Below, in pieces: positions 9,997-17,769 of a stretch of DNA of 64,000 nt. The position numbers and the translations under genes are program-made. The notes below the pieces were generated by a model that was given only the letters and a program-made list of their open reading frames with translations, was not told where the DNA came from and searched no databases. The stretch is taken from NCBI GenBank assembly GCA_051382295.1, contig JBBCAW010000012.1, forward strand, positions 161,983-225,982, written 5' to 3'. Origin of the DNA: Bdellovibrionota bacterium FG-1 (lineage in GTDB: Bacteria; Bdellovibrionota; UBA1018). Positions within the stretch are counted from its first letter, which is position 1, and the number at the start of each line of letters is the position of its first letter.

Positions 9997-12003
9997 GTGT
10001 TGAATTCAAAAGGGCCGCGGATTTTCGGAGAATTGCTCGGTACGGTCTTAAAAACAATTTTTGGCGTGTTGGCCGCCTTATTAACCTCGGTCATTATCCA
10101 GGAAATTTTTATTTACCCGGCTTTTTCCGCGGGCGAAAGTCATTGTACTTCGTTGGGCTCGCCCGGCCCAAAAAAGTTATCCTTTTGCGTGGATGAGGAA
10201 GAGCAGACCGCGATCGAAAAAGAGATCGCCGATTGCGGCGGTGATGTTCATCGATTTGTCGCGCAGATGGAGATTCACGCTAAGGCCGCAAAATTGGCTT
10301 ATTCGGACGCGCTCAAAAATATGGATCCGACCGTGCGCGCGGCCGTGGCCTTTGCTTGTCGGGGGTTTGAGCATAAAGACTTGATGCTTCGGACTTCATG
10401 TTATCGAGATGCGCTCGACGCGATGGAAGAAGATGCGGAGAAAGTGCAGCAGATGTACTTTTCGTCCGATCCTTCTGATGCGGTTGCGGCAGAGAATCTT
10501 TTGAATGAACTTCGGACGCCGGATGTGTTGGGAAATAGTCATTTTATGGGAACGATCATCGCTGAGCAGTGTGGGATCACCCATCCTGAAAATGATTGCT
10601 TCGATTATAACGTCAGTGCGCTTTATCACCAATTGATCGATGCCTATAATCAGATGTCCGCATCGGCTGATTCGATGGCCCAGTGGAGTGTCTTGAGCGC
10701 CAGATGTGGCGAAAAATTGGGCACAGAAGTTTGTAACTCGACTCGTCCTTTTGGAGTCGGTGATTTTGTTCCGGCCAATGCGGATGAAATTAGATATGCC
10801 CCTCGTTATGCTCTGCCGGGGCTTCATGGGGTTTTTAATTCACCTGTTCGTGTGCAAAAGAAAGAGCCGCGAGTTTATGGAACCGAAGAAAAAACTCGGA
10901 CAAAATCTAAGAAAACAAAAAAAGCTAAAAACTTATCGAAGAAACAAGAGGAGATGAACGCCGGTAATTCGGGTACTCCAGGCAAAAAAGCCCCCCCCAA
11001 AAAGAAGACCAAAGCGAAAGTTGTGGCACCCAAAGTTACGTCGCCTAAAGCCACCACGCCTAAAAAACCGGCCAATGGAGTCAAGGGAACTCCGACTGTC
11101 AAACCGACCGCAGCGCCCATAGCACCGACCGCAGCGCCCATAGCACCGACCGCAGCGCCCATAGCACCGACCGCAGCGCCCATAGCACCGACCGCAGCGC
11201 CCATAGCACCGACCGCAGCGCCCATAGCACCGACCGCAGCGCCCATAGCACCGACCGCAGCGCCCATAGCACCGACCGCAGCGCCCATAGCACCGACCGC
11301 AGCGCCCATAGCACCGACCGCAGCGCCCGTAGCACCGACTGCGGCGCCCATAGCACCGACTGCGGCGCCCATAGCACCAACTGCGGCACCCGTAGCACCA
11401 ACACCCAATGTAGGTGGCACGGCCCTGGGGACAGAACCCGGTAAACAGGGGATAGGCTTGGGGATGGGGGATATGGCGAACGAGCCGAAACTGGATTGTT
11501 CGGAGTCTGGAATTGAAAAATATCGCGACGAGACACGACTTGACCCACGAATGGGCATTGTTTTTCAGGCAAGAATATTGGCCGCGCAAGAAAAACTCTA
11601 TGCTTGCGATGTGCGCACTCTTTATTCAGATGTTCCTCAGGCCGTGTTTTTGGCGCGTCAAGGTATGCGCCTGGTCAGGATCGCTGAAAGTCTCACCAAA
11701 TTTACTACTCTGTGTGGTGTGGTTAGTCAGGAATTGACTGGCATGGCTTCGGATTTAGAGAAATTGCAAAGCGTGGCGCCTTCGACTGAATTAACTGCCT
11801 TTGCTCAAGATCTCTTGGATATCAAGAGTAAGGGCTGTGACGGGGTGAATGTCTTGATTGATGACAACAACCCAGAAGGTCTAGCGCTGCAACGTAAGTA
11901 TCAGCGGGATTTTTGTGCCTTCAAGAGATCGATTGAACAGACTAAGCCTGGGGCGACGAGTGGAATCTCGGGCTATTTATTGCCGAGAGGTGGCTGTCGG
12001 TAG
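9997..12003 (+). CDS. Large Cys-rich exported hypothetical protein with a Lys-rich linker and PTAAPIA tandem repeat
   Basis: 668-aa ORF, N-terminal hydrophobic segment, two Cys-containing globular regions; no family recognised. Confidence 0.75.
   Translation: MLNSKGPRIFGELLGTVLKTIFGVLAALLTSVIIQEIFIYPAFSAGESHCTSLGSPGPKKLSFCVDEEEQTAIEKEIADCGGDVHRFVAQMEIHAKAAKLAYSDALKNMDPTVRAAVAFACRGFEHKDLMLRTSCYRDALDAMEEDAEKVQQMYFSSDPSDAVAAENLLNELRTPDVLGNSHFMGTIIAEQCGITHPENDCFDYNVSALYHQLIDAYNQMSASADSMAQWSVLSARCGEKLGTEVCNSTRPFGVGDFVPANADEIRYAPRYALPGLHGVFNSPVRVQKKEPRVYGTEEKTRTKSKKTKKAKNLSKKQEEMNAGNSGTPGKKAPPKKKTKAKVVAPKVTSPKATTPKKPANGVKGTPTVKPTAAPIAPTAAPIAPTAAPIAPTAAPIAPTAAPIAPTAAPIAPTAAPIAPTAAPIAPTAAPIAPTAAPIAPTAAPVAPTAAPIAPTAAPIAPTAAPVAPTPNVGGTALGTEPGKQGIGLGMGDMANEPKLDCSESGIEKYRDETRLDPRMGIVFQARILAAQEKLYACDVRTLYSDVPQAVFLARQGMRLVRIAESLTKFTTLCGVVSQELTGMASDLEKLQSVAPSTELTAFAQDLLDIKSKGCDGVNVLIDDNNPEGLALQRKYQRDFCAFKRSIEQTKPGATSGISGYLLPRGGCR
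11104..11397 (+). repeat. 21-bp coding tandem repeat x14 (CCGACCGCAGCGCCCATAGCA = PTAAPIA)
   Basis: 10 identical units followed by 4 variant units. Confidence 0.97.
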
Positions 12004-12052
12004 AAGGTGTTTGCCAAGTGGATCTTTTTTTGATTAGAAAAAGACCACGCAT

Positions 12053-13198
12053 ATGGCAAAGGCCTCATTAGAAATTTCGCGGGTTGTTGAGGAGTTGGAG
12101 AGGCTTGCTCCTTCCGGGACCTCTGAAAAATGGGATAACACAGGGCTGCTGGTGGGTGATCCGTGTTGGCGTACCGCCGGCGCAGTGATTTCCGTAGATC
12201 TAACTGCCAAAGCCATCGAGACCGCGGTGAAGCGCGGTTATCGACTGATTGTGACTCATCACCCCTGCATTTTTCCGAAAAGTCGAGGCCTCCAGCGGTT
12301 GGTTCCTGGGCCAAGATCGGGGATTTCTTCGTTGGTCTTTGAAGCTATTCGTCAGGGAATCGCCGTGGCCTGCTATCACACTAACTTTGATCAATGTGCT
12401 CTTGAGGTCGTGAATACCGTTTCAGAGGGCTTGGGAGTGGTGCCTCGGGGGCGTTTTTTGGATTCTTTTGATGCTGTGTTGATTAAGATGGTGGTTTTTG
12501 TTCCAGAGTCTCATGCTGAAAAGGTTCGAGACGCGTTGATTCAGGCAGGGGCTGGGCATATTGGTCATTATGATTCTTGTACGTTTGGGACTTGGGGTGA
12601 GGGAACTTTTCGCGGAAGAGAGGGAACCCATCCCTTTCTTGGAAAACCCGGCCAGCTTGAAAAGGTAAGAGAATTAAGGCTGGAGACGGTTTTCCCTAAG
12701 GGCCTGAAGAAATCCATCTTGAGTGCTCTGCGATCAGCCCATCCTTATGAGGAAATCGCCTACGATCTTTATCTTTTAGACCAGGTGCCGTCTGGTTTAG
12801 GGGTTGTTCGAGGACTGGGTTATGGTTTTTGGGGTGATTTTATATCTGAGAAGTCCTTTTCAGAAGTGGCTAGGTGTGTTAAAAGGTTTCTTAATGTGAA
12901 TGGGTTCTGGCTAACTGACCCCACTCCAAAACGTGTCAAACGTCTCGCTTTTGTAGCTGGCAAGGGGGCTTCTTTTGTTGAAGCAGCAGCTTTGGCTGGT
13001 TGTGATTTAATGATCACGGGCGAGGTCGGTTATCACTCGGCATTGGATGGCGCCCGAAAAGGGATGGCCATTTTGGAATTGGGCCATCGCGAGAGCGAGA
13101 TCTTTTTCATTCAAACGATGAAAGATTGGTTGTCTCGGATGGGACTTCGGGTAGTTGGCTTGAACTTGCGCACGCAAACCATTGTTACGGGGAGGTAA
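12053..13198 (+). CDS. Nif3-like dinuclear metal centre protein with PII-like insert (YqfO type)
   Basis: WDNTGLLVG, IVTHHP, HTNFD, AGAGHIGHYDSCTF, HPYEEIAYD, ELGHRESE. Confidence 0.95.
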   Translation: MAKASLEISRVVEELERLAPSGTSEKWDNTGLLVGDPCWRTAGAVISVDLTAKAIETAVKRGYRLIVTHHPCIFPKSRGLQRLVPGPRSGISSLVFEAIRQGIAVACYHTNFDQCALEVVNTVSEGLGVVPRGRFLDSFDAVLIKMVVFVPESHAEKVRDALIQAGAGHIGHYDSCTFGTWGEGTFRGREGTHPFLGKPGQLEKVRELRLETVFPKGLKKSILSALRSAHPYEEIAYDLYLLDQVPSGLGVVRGLGYGFWGDFISEKSFSEVARCVKRFLNVNGFWLTDPTPKRVKRLAFVAGKGASFVEAAALAGCDLMITGEVGYHSALDGARKGMAILELGHRESEIFFIQTMKDWLSRMGLRVVGLNLRTQTIVTGR

Positions 13199-13203
13199 TT
13201 GGA

Positions 13204-13950
13204 GTGAGTCATACGTTGCCATTGAAGGACCAGCTCAAGGCCTTGGAGCACGTTCAGGAGATCGATCTTCAGATTGATCAATTGAAGAAAAATAAGGGGA
13301 CTCTTCCTGCTAGTTTGAAGGCCCTGGATGATCAGCTCGGTAAGCTGAATGCAACTGTCACCTTAAAGAAGGTAGCAATCGGCGAAATTGAAAAAACTCA
13401 GCGTCAGACTGCAGCGGCGTTGGAGTTAACGCGTGATCGTTTGAGTCGTTCCACGACGCGGTTGGAAAGCGTTCAAAATTCGCAAGAATATCAGGCCGCC
13501 AATAAAGAAATCGATCAGCTTCGTAAGCAACAGGAATCGCTAGACGAGCAGTCTAAAAAATCGTTAAAGGATATGGAAACGATTCATAAAGACCTGGCTG
13601 ACATCGAAGTGAATATGGGAAAGGTCCAGGCGGAAAGGGATGCCCAGGCTTCCGTGTTAACGGGGCAAACCGGAAAAATGGAAAGTGAAATTCAAGGGCT
13701 TCTCCAAGACCGGGCTAAATTTCAGCCCAAAATTGACCCTCGGACTCTCTCTCAATATGATCGGGTTCGAGTAGCTCGTAATGGTATAGGTATTGTTCCA
13801 GCAATTGCCGGTCGCTGTAAGGGCTGCAATATGATGGTGCCGGCTCAGCAATTTAATGAAATCCAGAGGGGGAACGCGCTTCATAGCTGTCCAAGTTGTC
13901 ATCGGTTGCTTTTTGCGCCGACGGCTGGAGAGCCAGTTCAATTATCGTAA
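13204..13950 (+). CDS. Coiled-coil protein with C4 zinc ribbon (CT398/HP0958-like)
   Basis: Long heptad region then CKGCNM...CPSCHRLL; usual position after nif3; start approximate (GTG 13204). Confidence 0.9.
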   Translation: MSHTLPLKDQLKALEHVQEIDLQIDQLKKNKGTLPASLKALDDQLGKLNATVTLKKVAIGEIEKTQRQTAAALELTRDRLSRSTTRLESVQNSQEYQAANKEIDQLRKQQESLDEQSKKSLKDMETIHKDLADIEVNMGKVQAERDAQASVLTGQTGKMESEIQGLLQDRAKFQPKIDPRTLSQYDRVRVARNGIGIVPAIAGRCKGCNMMVPAQQFNEIQRGNALHSCPSCHRLLFAPTAGEPVQLS

Positions 13951-13951
13951 A

Positions 13952-14430
13952 GTTCTGCGCAGGACGGGCGATCGCTGGCGCCGCGCCTTTACGGGCTGCA
14001 GTGCGGGAGGAAAGTCCGGGCTCCATTAAGCAAGGTACTGGCTAACGGCCAGGCAGGGGATTCGCGAGGATCTCTGGACGGAAAGTGCAACAGAAAACAA
14101 ACCGCCCAGATTATTGGAGTTTACTTCGATGAACTGGGTAAGGGCGAAACGGTGGGGTAAGAGCCCACCGCACCTTTGGTGACAAAGGTGGCACGGCAAA
14201 CCCTACCTGGAGCAAGGTCAAATAGGGGGGCGTTTCCCTCTCGCTGCGACGGTGAGCATAGCTCGCTGGCGCGGCAAAAAGAGGGGACAAGGTCGGCTCG
14301 ACCGATGCCTCCGGGTAAGACCGCTTGAACGCCGCAGTAATGCGGAGTCTAGAGGAATGGTCGCCTCCAACCGAGGAGCGAAAGTTTTTCGGTTGAAGAC
14401 AGAACCCGGCTTACAGTCCTGTGCAGGAAT
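13952..14430 (+). ncRNA. rnpB: RNase P RNA (type A)
   Basis: GAGGAAAGTCCGGGCTC, AGTGCAACAGAAA, GGTAAGAGC, GAGCAAG, ACAGAACCCGGCTTA; P1 TTCTGCGCAGGAC pairs with GTCCTGTGCAGGAA. Confidence 0.97.
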
Positions 14431-14543
14431 TCTAAAAAAAGAGGGTCGGGGTCGTCCATCCTAGGACTCCGCGCAAAAACGCGCATCCTGCGCGCGCGGA
14501 TCCCCTCTCTCTTTTTTTAGAATTCCTTATGTGGGACCCGGGA
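14426..14543 (+). repeat. Structured REP/MITE-like element, copy A
   Basis: 18-bp perfect outer stem (14426-14443/14509-14526) enclosing a ~62-bp core that recurs inverted at 16081-16141. Confidence 0.85.
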
Positions 14544-14632
14544 GGCGGGCTTAGAGTACGGGCGTTTGTCATGTGGCCACTCGAAATGATCGCCATTTGC
14601 GAATGGTATTTTCTGCGGTACATCTTGATTGA

Positions 14633-14782
14633 ATGAAAAGTATTGTAGCTTTGGCATTTATTGGAAGTCTCTGGTGTAGTCTTGGTAATGCAGCAAGCAG
14701 CACCTCACTGAGCACGACCGAAAGCATCGTATGGCGGCATTCCCAGAATCGACTTTTCCTTGATTCTGAAACACTCACATAA
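14633..14782 (+). pseudogene. Short signal-peptide-bearing ORF, probable gene remnant (49 aa)
   Basis: MKSIVALAFIGSLWCSLGNAASSTSLSTTESIVWRHSQNRLFLDSETLT*. Confidence 0.3.
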
Positions 14783-14800
14783 AGCACGGGTGGTATAAAG

Positions 14801-15238
14801 ATGGCAAGATCAGTGGCATTGCTGGTGGTACTTTCGTACTTGTGCGCGCCATACTTCGCGCATGCGACCTCAAGCAAGTTTCATTATGAGCCGGAGAAAG
14901 TCACCCTGACAGGAACGATTGAGAAACAAACCTTCCCTGGTCGTCCGGGATACGAAAGTATCAAAAATGGCGATGAAATCGAGCGGGGATGGTATTTGCG
15001 TCTAGCAGACCCAATTGACGTTGAAGAAACCAAAAATGACACTGATCCAAATTCATCCACGGAACGAAATGTGCGCATTCTGCAACTGACATGGGAGTCC
15101 GGACGGGTCGAGGACCTGATTCGCCCTGCCACCGGAAAAAGCGTCAAGCTTTTCGGACATCTGTTTCACGCGTTAAGCGGACATCATCACGCAAGGGTCT
15201 TGTTCTGGGTGGATTCCTGTGAGGTAATAAATAGATGA
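14801..15238 (+). CDS. DUF4431-like secreted protein
   Basis: YEPEKVTLTGTI..TFPGRPGYESI..GDE, G.LFHA.SGHHHARVL pattern; signal peptide. Confidence 0.75.
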   Translation: MARSVALLVVLSYLCAPYFAHATSSKFHYEPEKVTLTGTIEKQTFPGRPGYESIKNGDEIERGWYLRLADPIDVEETKNDTDPNSSTERNVRILQLTWESGRVEDLIRPATGKSVKLFGHLFHALSGHHHARVLFWVDSCEVINR

Positions 15239-15641
15239 GATTTATTTCGGCACACAAACAGGGACATTCCGTCATCTATATTGCGGACGATGGATCGGTA
15301 GTCAAGTATTTTGGGGGCGATCCCGCTTGGCGCACCAACAATCCAGGCAACCTCCACGCAGGAAAAATCAGCAATCGAAACAATCAGATCGGGAAATTCG
15401 GAAACTTCGCCATTTTTCCCGATTATGAAACAGGTCATGCAGCACTTCTTGATTCGCTTCACACGACTTTTTGGCAGAAAACCCTCGACGAAATGATTCT
15501 TGGATATGCGCCAAAACATGAAAACAACACTTCACGTTATCTCAAGTTTTTGAAAGGACAAGACCGGCGTAAAAGGCGGGCGTAAAAAATAAGAAGGGCG
15601 TCATTATTTCTTATAACGTTGATGGTTTGGGCTGGGTTTCC
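15235..15641 (+). pseudogene. Broken phage-type NNPGNL (lysozyme-like/virion-associated) protein
   Basis: GGDPAWRTNNPGNL, FAIFPDYETG, YAPKHENNT..Y; frameshift near 15555; a short piece GVKNKKGVIISYNVDGLGWVS continues in another frame. Confidence 0.6.
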
Positions 15642-15774
15642 TGTGTCTGGGGCCATCCTTTCAGATCACATTAAGAGCCTTGACTGGAAAACAAGAAAAG
15701 CCGAGTTTAAGGGGCGTGTCCCCAAAACTGTTCTTGCGGCAGTCCTCGAACGAGTAGCGGCTCTCCTGACCTGA
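15631..15774 (+). pseudogene. mazF: MazF/PemK toxin C-terminal fragment
   Basis: Manual translation AGFPVSGAILSDHIKSLDWKTRKAEFKGRVPKTVLAAVLERVAALLT*; no N-terminal half and no antitoxin. Confidence 0.8.
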
Positions 15775-15799
15775 TTTTTAGGCATTTCAAATGCTCGCT

Positions 15800-15884
15800 A
15801 AACCAAACCAAACCAAACCAAACCAAACCAAACCAAACCAAACCAAACCAAACCAAACCAAACCAAACCAAACCAAACCAAACC
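15800..15884 (+). repeat. Perfect pentanucleotide microsatellite (AAACC)17
   Basis: 85 bp uninterrupted. Confidence 0.98.
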
Positions 15885-15914
15885 CGCGAGACCCAGGAAT
15901 TCCGAAGTCTTTGA

Positions 15915-16019
15915 TCAGCCCTTTGACATCAAAACGAAGTACTGCCAAAGAACGTCCGGGACTTCCCAGATCGTTTCCAGCGGCTTGGGCTTACGACTAG
16001 TCGCTCGCTAGGACTTCAT
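15915..16019 (-). pseudogene. IS5-family transposase N-terminal relic
   Basis: MKS*RATSRKPKPLETIWEVPDVLWQ...; the L.TIWEVPD.LW pattern matches IS5-type N-termini as I recall them; internal stop and truncation. Confidence 0.55.
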
Positions 16020-16043
16020 CGAAAGTTCGCTCTGGCTCGTTGA

Positions 16044-16160
16044 TCCCGGACCCCACGTAAGGGGCTTCCCAGTAAAAATGAGGGGATCCGCGCGCGCAGG
16101 AGGCGCTTTTTGCGCGGAGGCCAGGGATGGCCGACCCCGACACTTTTTACTGGGGGCCCC
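16044..16160 (-). repeat. Structured REP/MITE-like element, copy B (inverted)
   Basis: Core 16081-16141 is the reverse complement of 14445-14506 with ~6 differences; own outer stem CCCAGTAAAAA/TTTTTACTGGG. Confidence 0.85.
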
Positions 16161-16219
16161 TGTTCCTAGTTGAATATTCCCGGCTTTTCGTAGACTGTGA
16201 GTCTGTTATTAAAACAGAA

Positions 16220-17692
16220 ATGAAGGTTGTCGTGGGCCACTCCAGTTGTTGTACAGCTAATCGGTATATTGCATCCACAATTCGCCTGTTGCGTCAAAAT
16301 GCCGGTCTTTCCCAAGAAAAGTTGAGTGAGTTAGCCGGCCTGGATCGCACTTACGTTTCTTATATTGAGACCAATCGTCGAAATGTGACCACGGCGACGT
16401 TGGAGAAGGTGATTCCCCATATTTCTTCGAGTTCCTTTGAATTTTATCGAGAGATGCTTCAAGAGGCTTCAAGTGTTTGCCGGGAGCAGATTGCTTCGGG
16501 GCGGTGTACTCGTCTAAAAGACTCAGCATCTGCATGCTTTATGAGCCCAAGCGGTGTTTCGGTTGAAAAAATCAGTGAACAATTAGCGTCTTCATCGAAT
16601 TATTTTGTTTCTGACTATTTGCAGGCTGTGGATCATTCATTGATTGTGGGGATTACTGACTCAGCCGGGCGTATCGTGCATGCGAATGACGAATTTTGCC
16701 GGGTTTTTAAGTATTCGCGGGAAGAAATGATTGGTCGGGACAATCGAATTCTGAATTCGGGTTATCACCCAAAGGAATTTTTTAGGGAGCTGTGGGCTAC
16801 CGTTCGATCAGGGCGGGTTTGGCGCGGCGAGGTTCGTGACAAGGCGAAGGATGGCGGCGTCCTTTGGTTGGATACCATGATTATTCCTGTCACGCAGGGG
16901 GCCGGTAAACCGATGCGGTTCATGGTGATTCGCAAAGATATGACCGACCGTAAACTTCAGGATCAGCTCTCTTTTGTCAAAAAAAATGACGAGCTTCAGC
17001 GTGGGGCATTTGATGTGGTTTCCGATTTTTCGCGCGGAATTGTTCGAGAACTGAGTCATCCGCTGGGGCTCATTCTGGATTCGATCCAGAAGACCCGCAC
17101 CGAGGTACAAGCTCATTCGGTCATGGGCGAGATTGAAAAACAGGCGCAACGGATTGGGGATGTGGTTCGAAGTCTTCAGTCTTTTACTCCAGATTCTCCG
17201 TCAGCGTCTTTTGAAAAAACGGCCGCCTCCGATTTGCTGGCGCGCACACTCAGTCTGAGTCTTCAGAGTATGACTCAAAATGGAGTGAAATTTAAATTTC
17301 CCGAGGTTCCCCCGGCTGATTTGGCGATCGAGTGTCGTCCTGCTCAGATGATTCAGGTTTTTCGCACATTTTTGTTGCGCGCTCATGAGAGCGCCTCTCT
17401 TGCGCCTGAAGGAAGCCGATGGATTGGATTGCGAGTTTTTGATCGAGCGGATGATGTTGAGTTTTCATTGTCGGACAGCGGCCCTAAGCTGACGCAAGAA
17501 GAAGTGGGTCACCTTTTTCAGCCCTTTCAGGACGTGACTTCGGGGGCCACTCTTTCCGGGGGGCTGGCTTTTTGCGTGGCAATGGGTGTTGTCTTGGAAC
17601 ACCGTGGAAATATTTCAGTAGATCCCCGTGACGCAAATACTCATTTTGTGATTAGAATTCCCAAGGCTCAAAAGACTCAAGGCGTTTCATAG
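16220..17692 (+). CDS. XRE-HTH + PAS + degenerate histidine-kinase fusion
   Basis: LRQNAGLSQEKLSELAGLDRTYVSYIE; PAS (ITDSAGRIVHANDEFC...LNSGYHPKEFF..LW...WRGE); kinase boxes recognisable but mutated. Confidence 0.85.
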   Translation: MKVVVGHSSCCTANRYIASTIRLLRQNAGLSQEKLSELAGLDRTYVSYIETNRRNVTTATLEKVIPHISSSSFEFYREMLQEASSVCREQIASGRCTRLKDSASACFMSPSGVSVEKISEQLASSSNYFVSDYLQAVDHSLIVGITDSAGRIVHANDEFCRVFKYSREEMIGRDNRILNSGYHPKEFFRELWATVRSGRVWRGEVRDKAKDGGVLWLDTMIIPVTQGAGKPMRFMVIRKDMTDRKLQDQLSFVKKNDELQRGAFDVVSDFSRGIVRELSHPLGLILDSIQKTRTEVQAHSVMGEIEKQAQRIGDVVRSLQSFTPDSPSASFEKTAASDLLARTLSLSLQSMTQNGVKFKFPEVPPADLAIECRPAQMIQVFRTFLLRAHESASLAPEGSRWIGLRVFDRADDVEFSLSDSGPKLTQEEVGHLFQPFQDVTSGATLSGGLAFCVAMGVVLEHRGNISVDPRDANTHFVIRIPKAQKTQGVS

Positions 17693-17769
17693 AGTTTCTT
17701 GGAATTTCTGGGAAAAACCTTTGGATCTCGTACTTTCCCCGTTTACAATGAGGCACGGGGGTATCTTGA

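Noticed and set aside
11104..11397. CRISPR array
   Set aside because: Head-to-tail 21-bp units with no spacers, in frame inside a CDS; no cas genes in the window.
10875..11589. Three antisense repeat ORFs (GAMGAAV, CYGRCGR, VLWALRS)
   Set aside because: Stop-free shadows of the 21-bp repeat; the Cys/Tyr-rich one mimics a RiPP precursor but is an artefact.
15791..16000. 69-aa ORF with PNQTK repeats
   Set aside because: Open only because (AAACC)n has no stop codons; no RBS, and it overlaps the IS5 relic on the other strand.
14426..16160. Integron attC cassette array
   Set aside because: The two elements are inverted rather than direct, lack RYYYAAC/GTTRRRY boxes, and no integrase is present.
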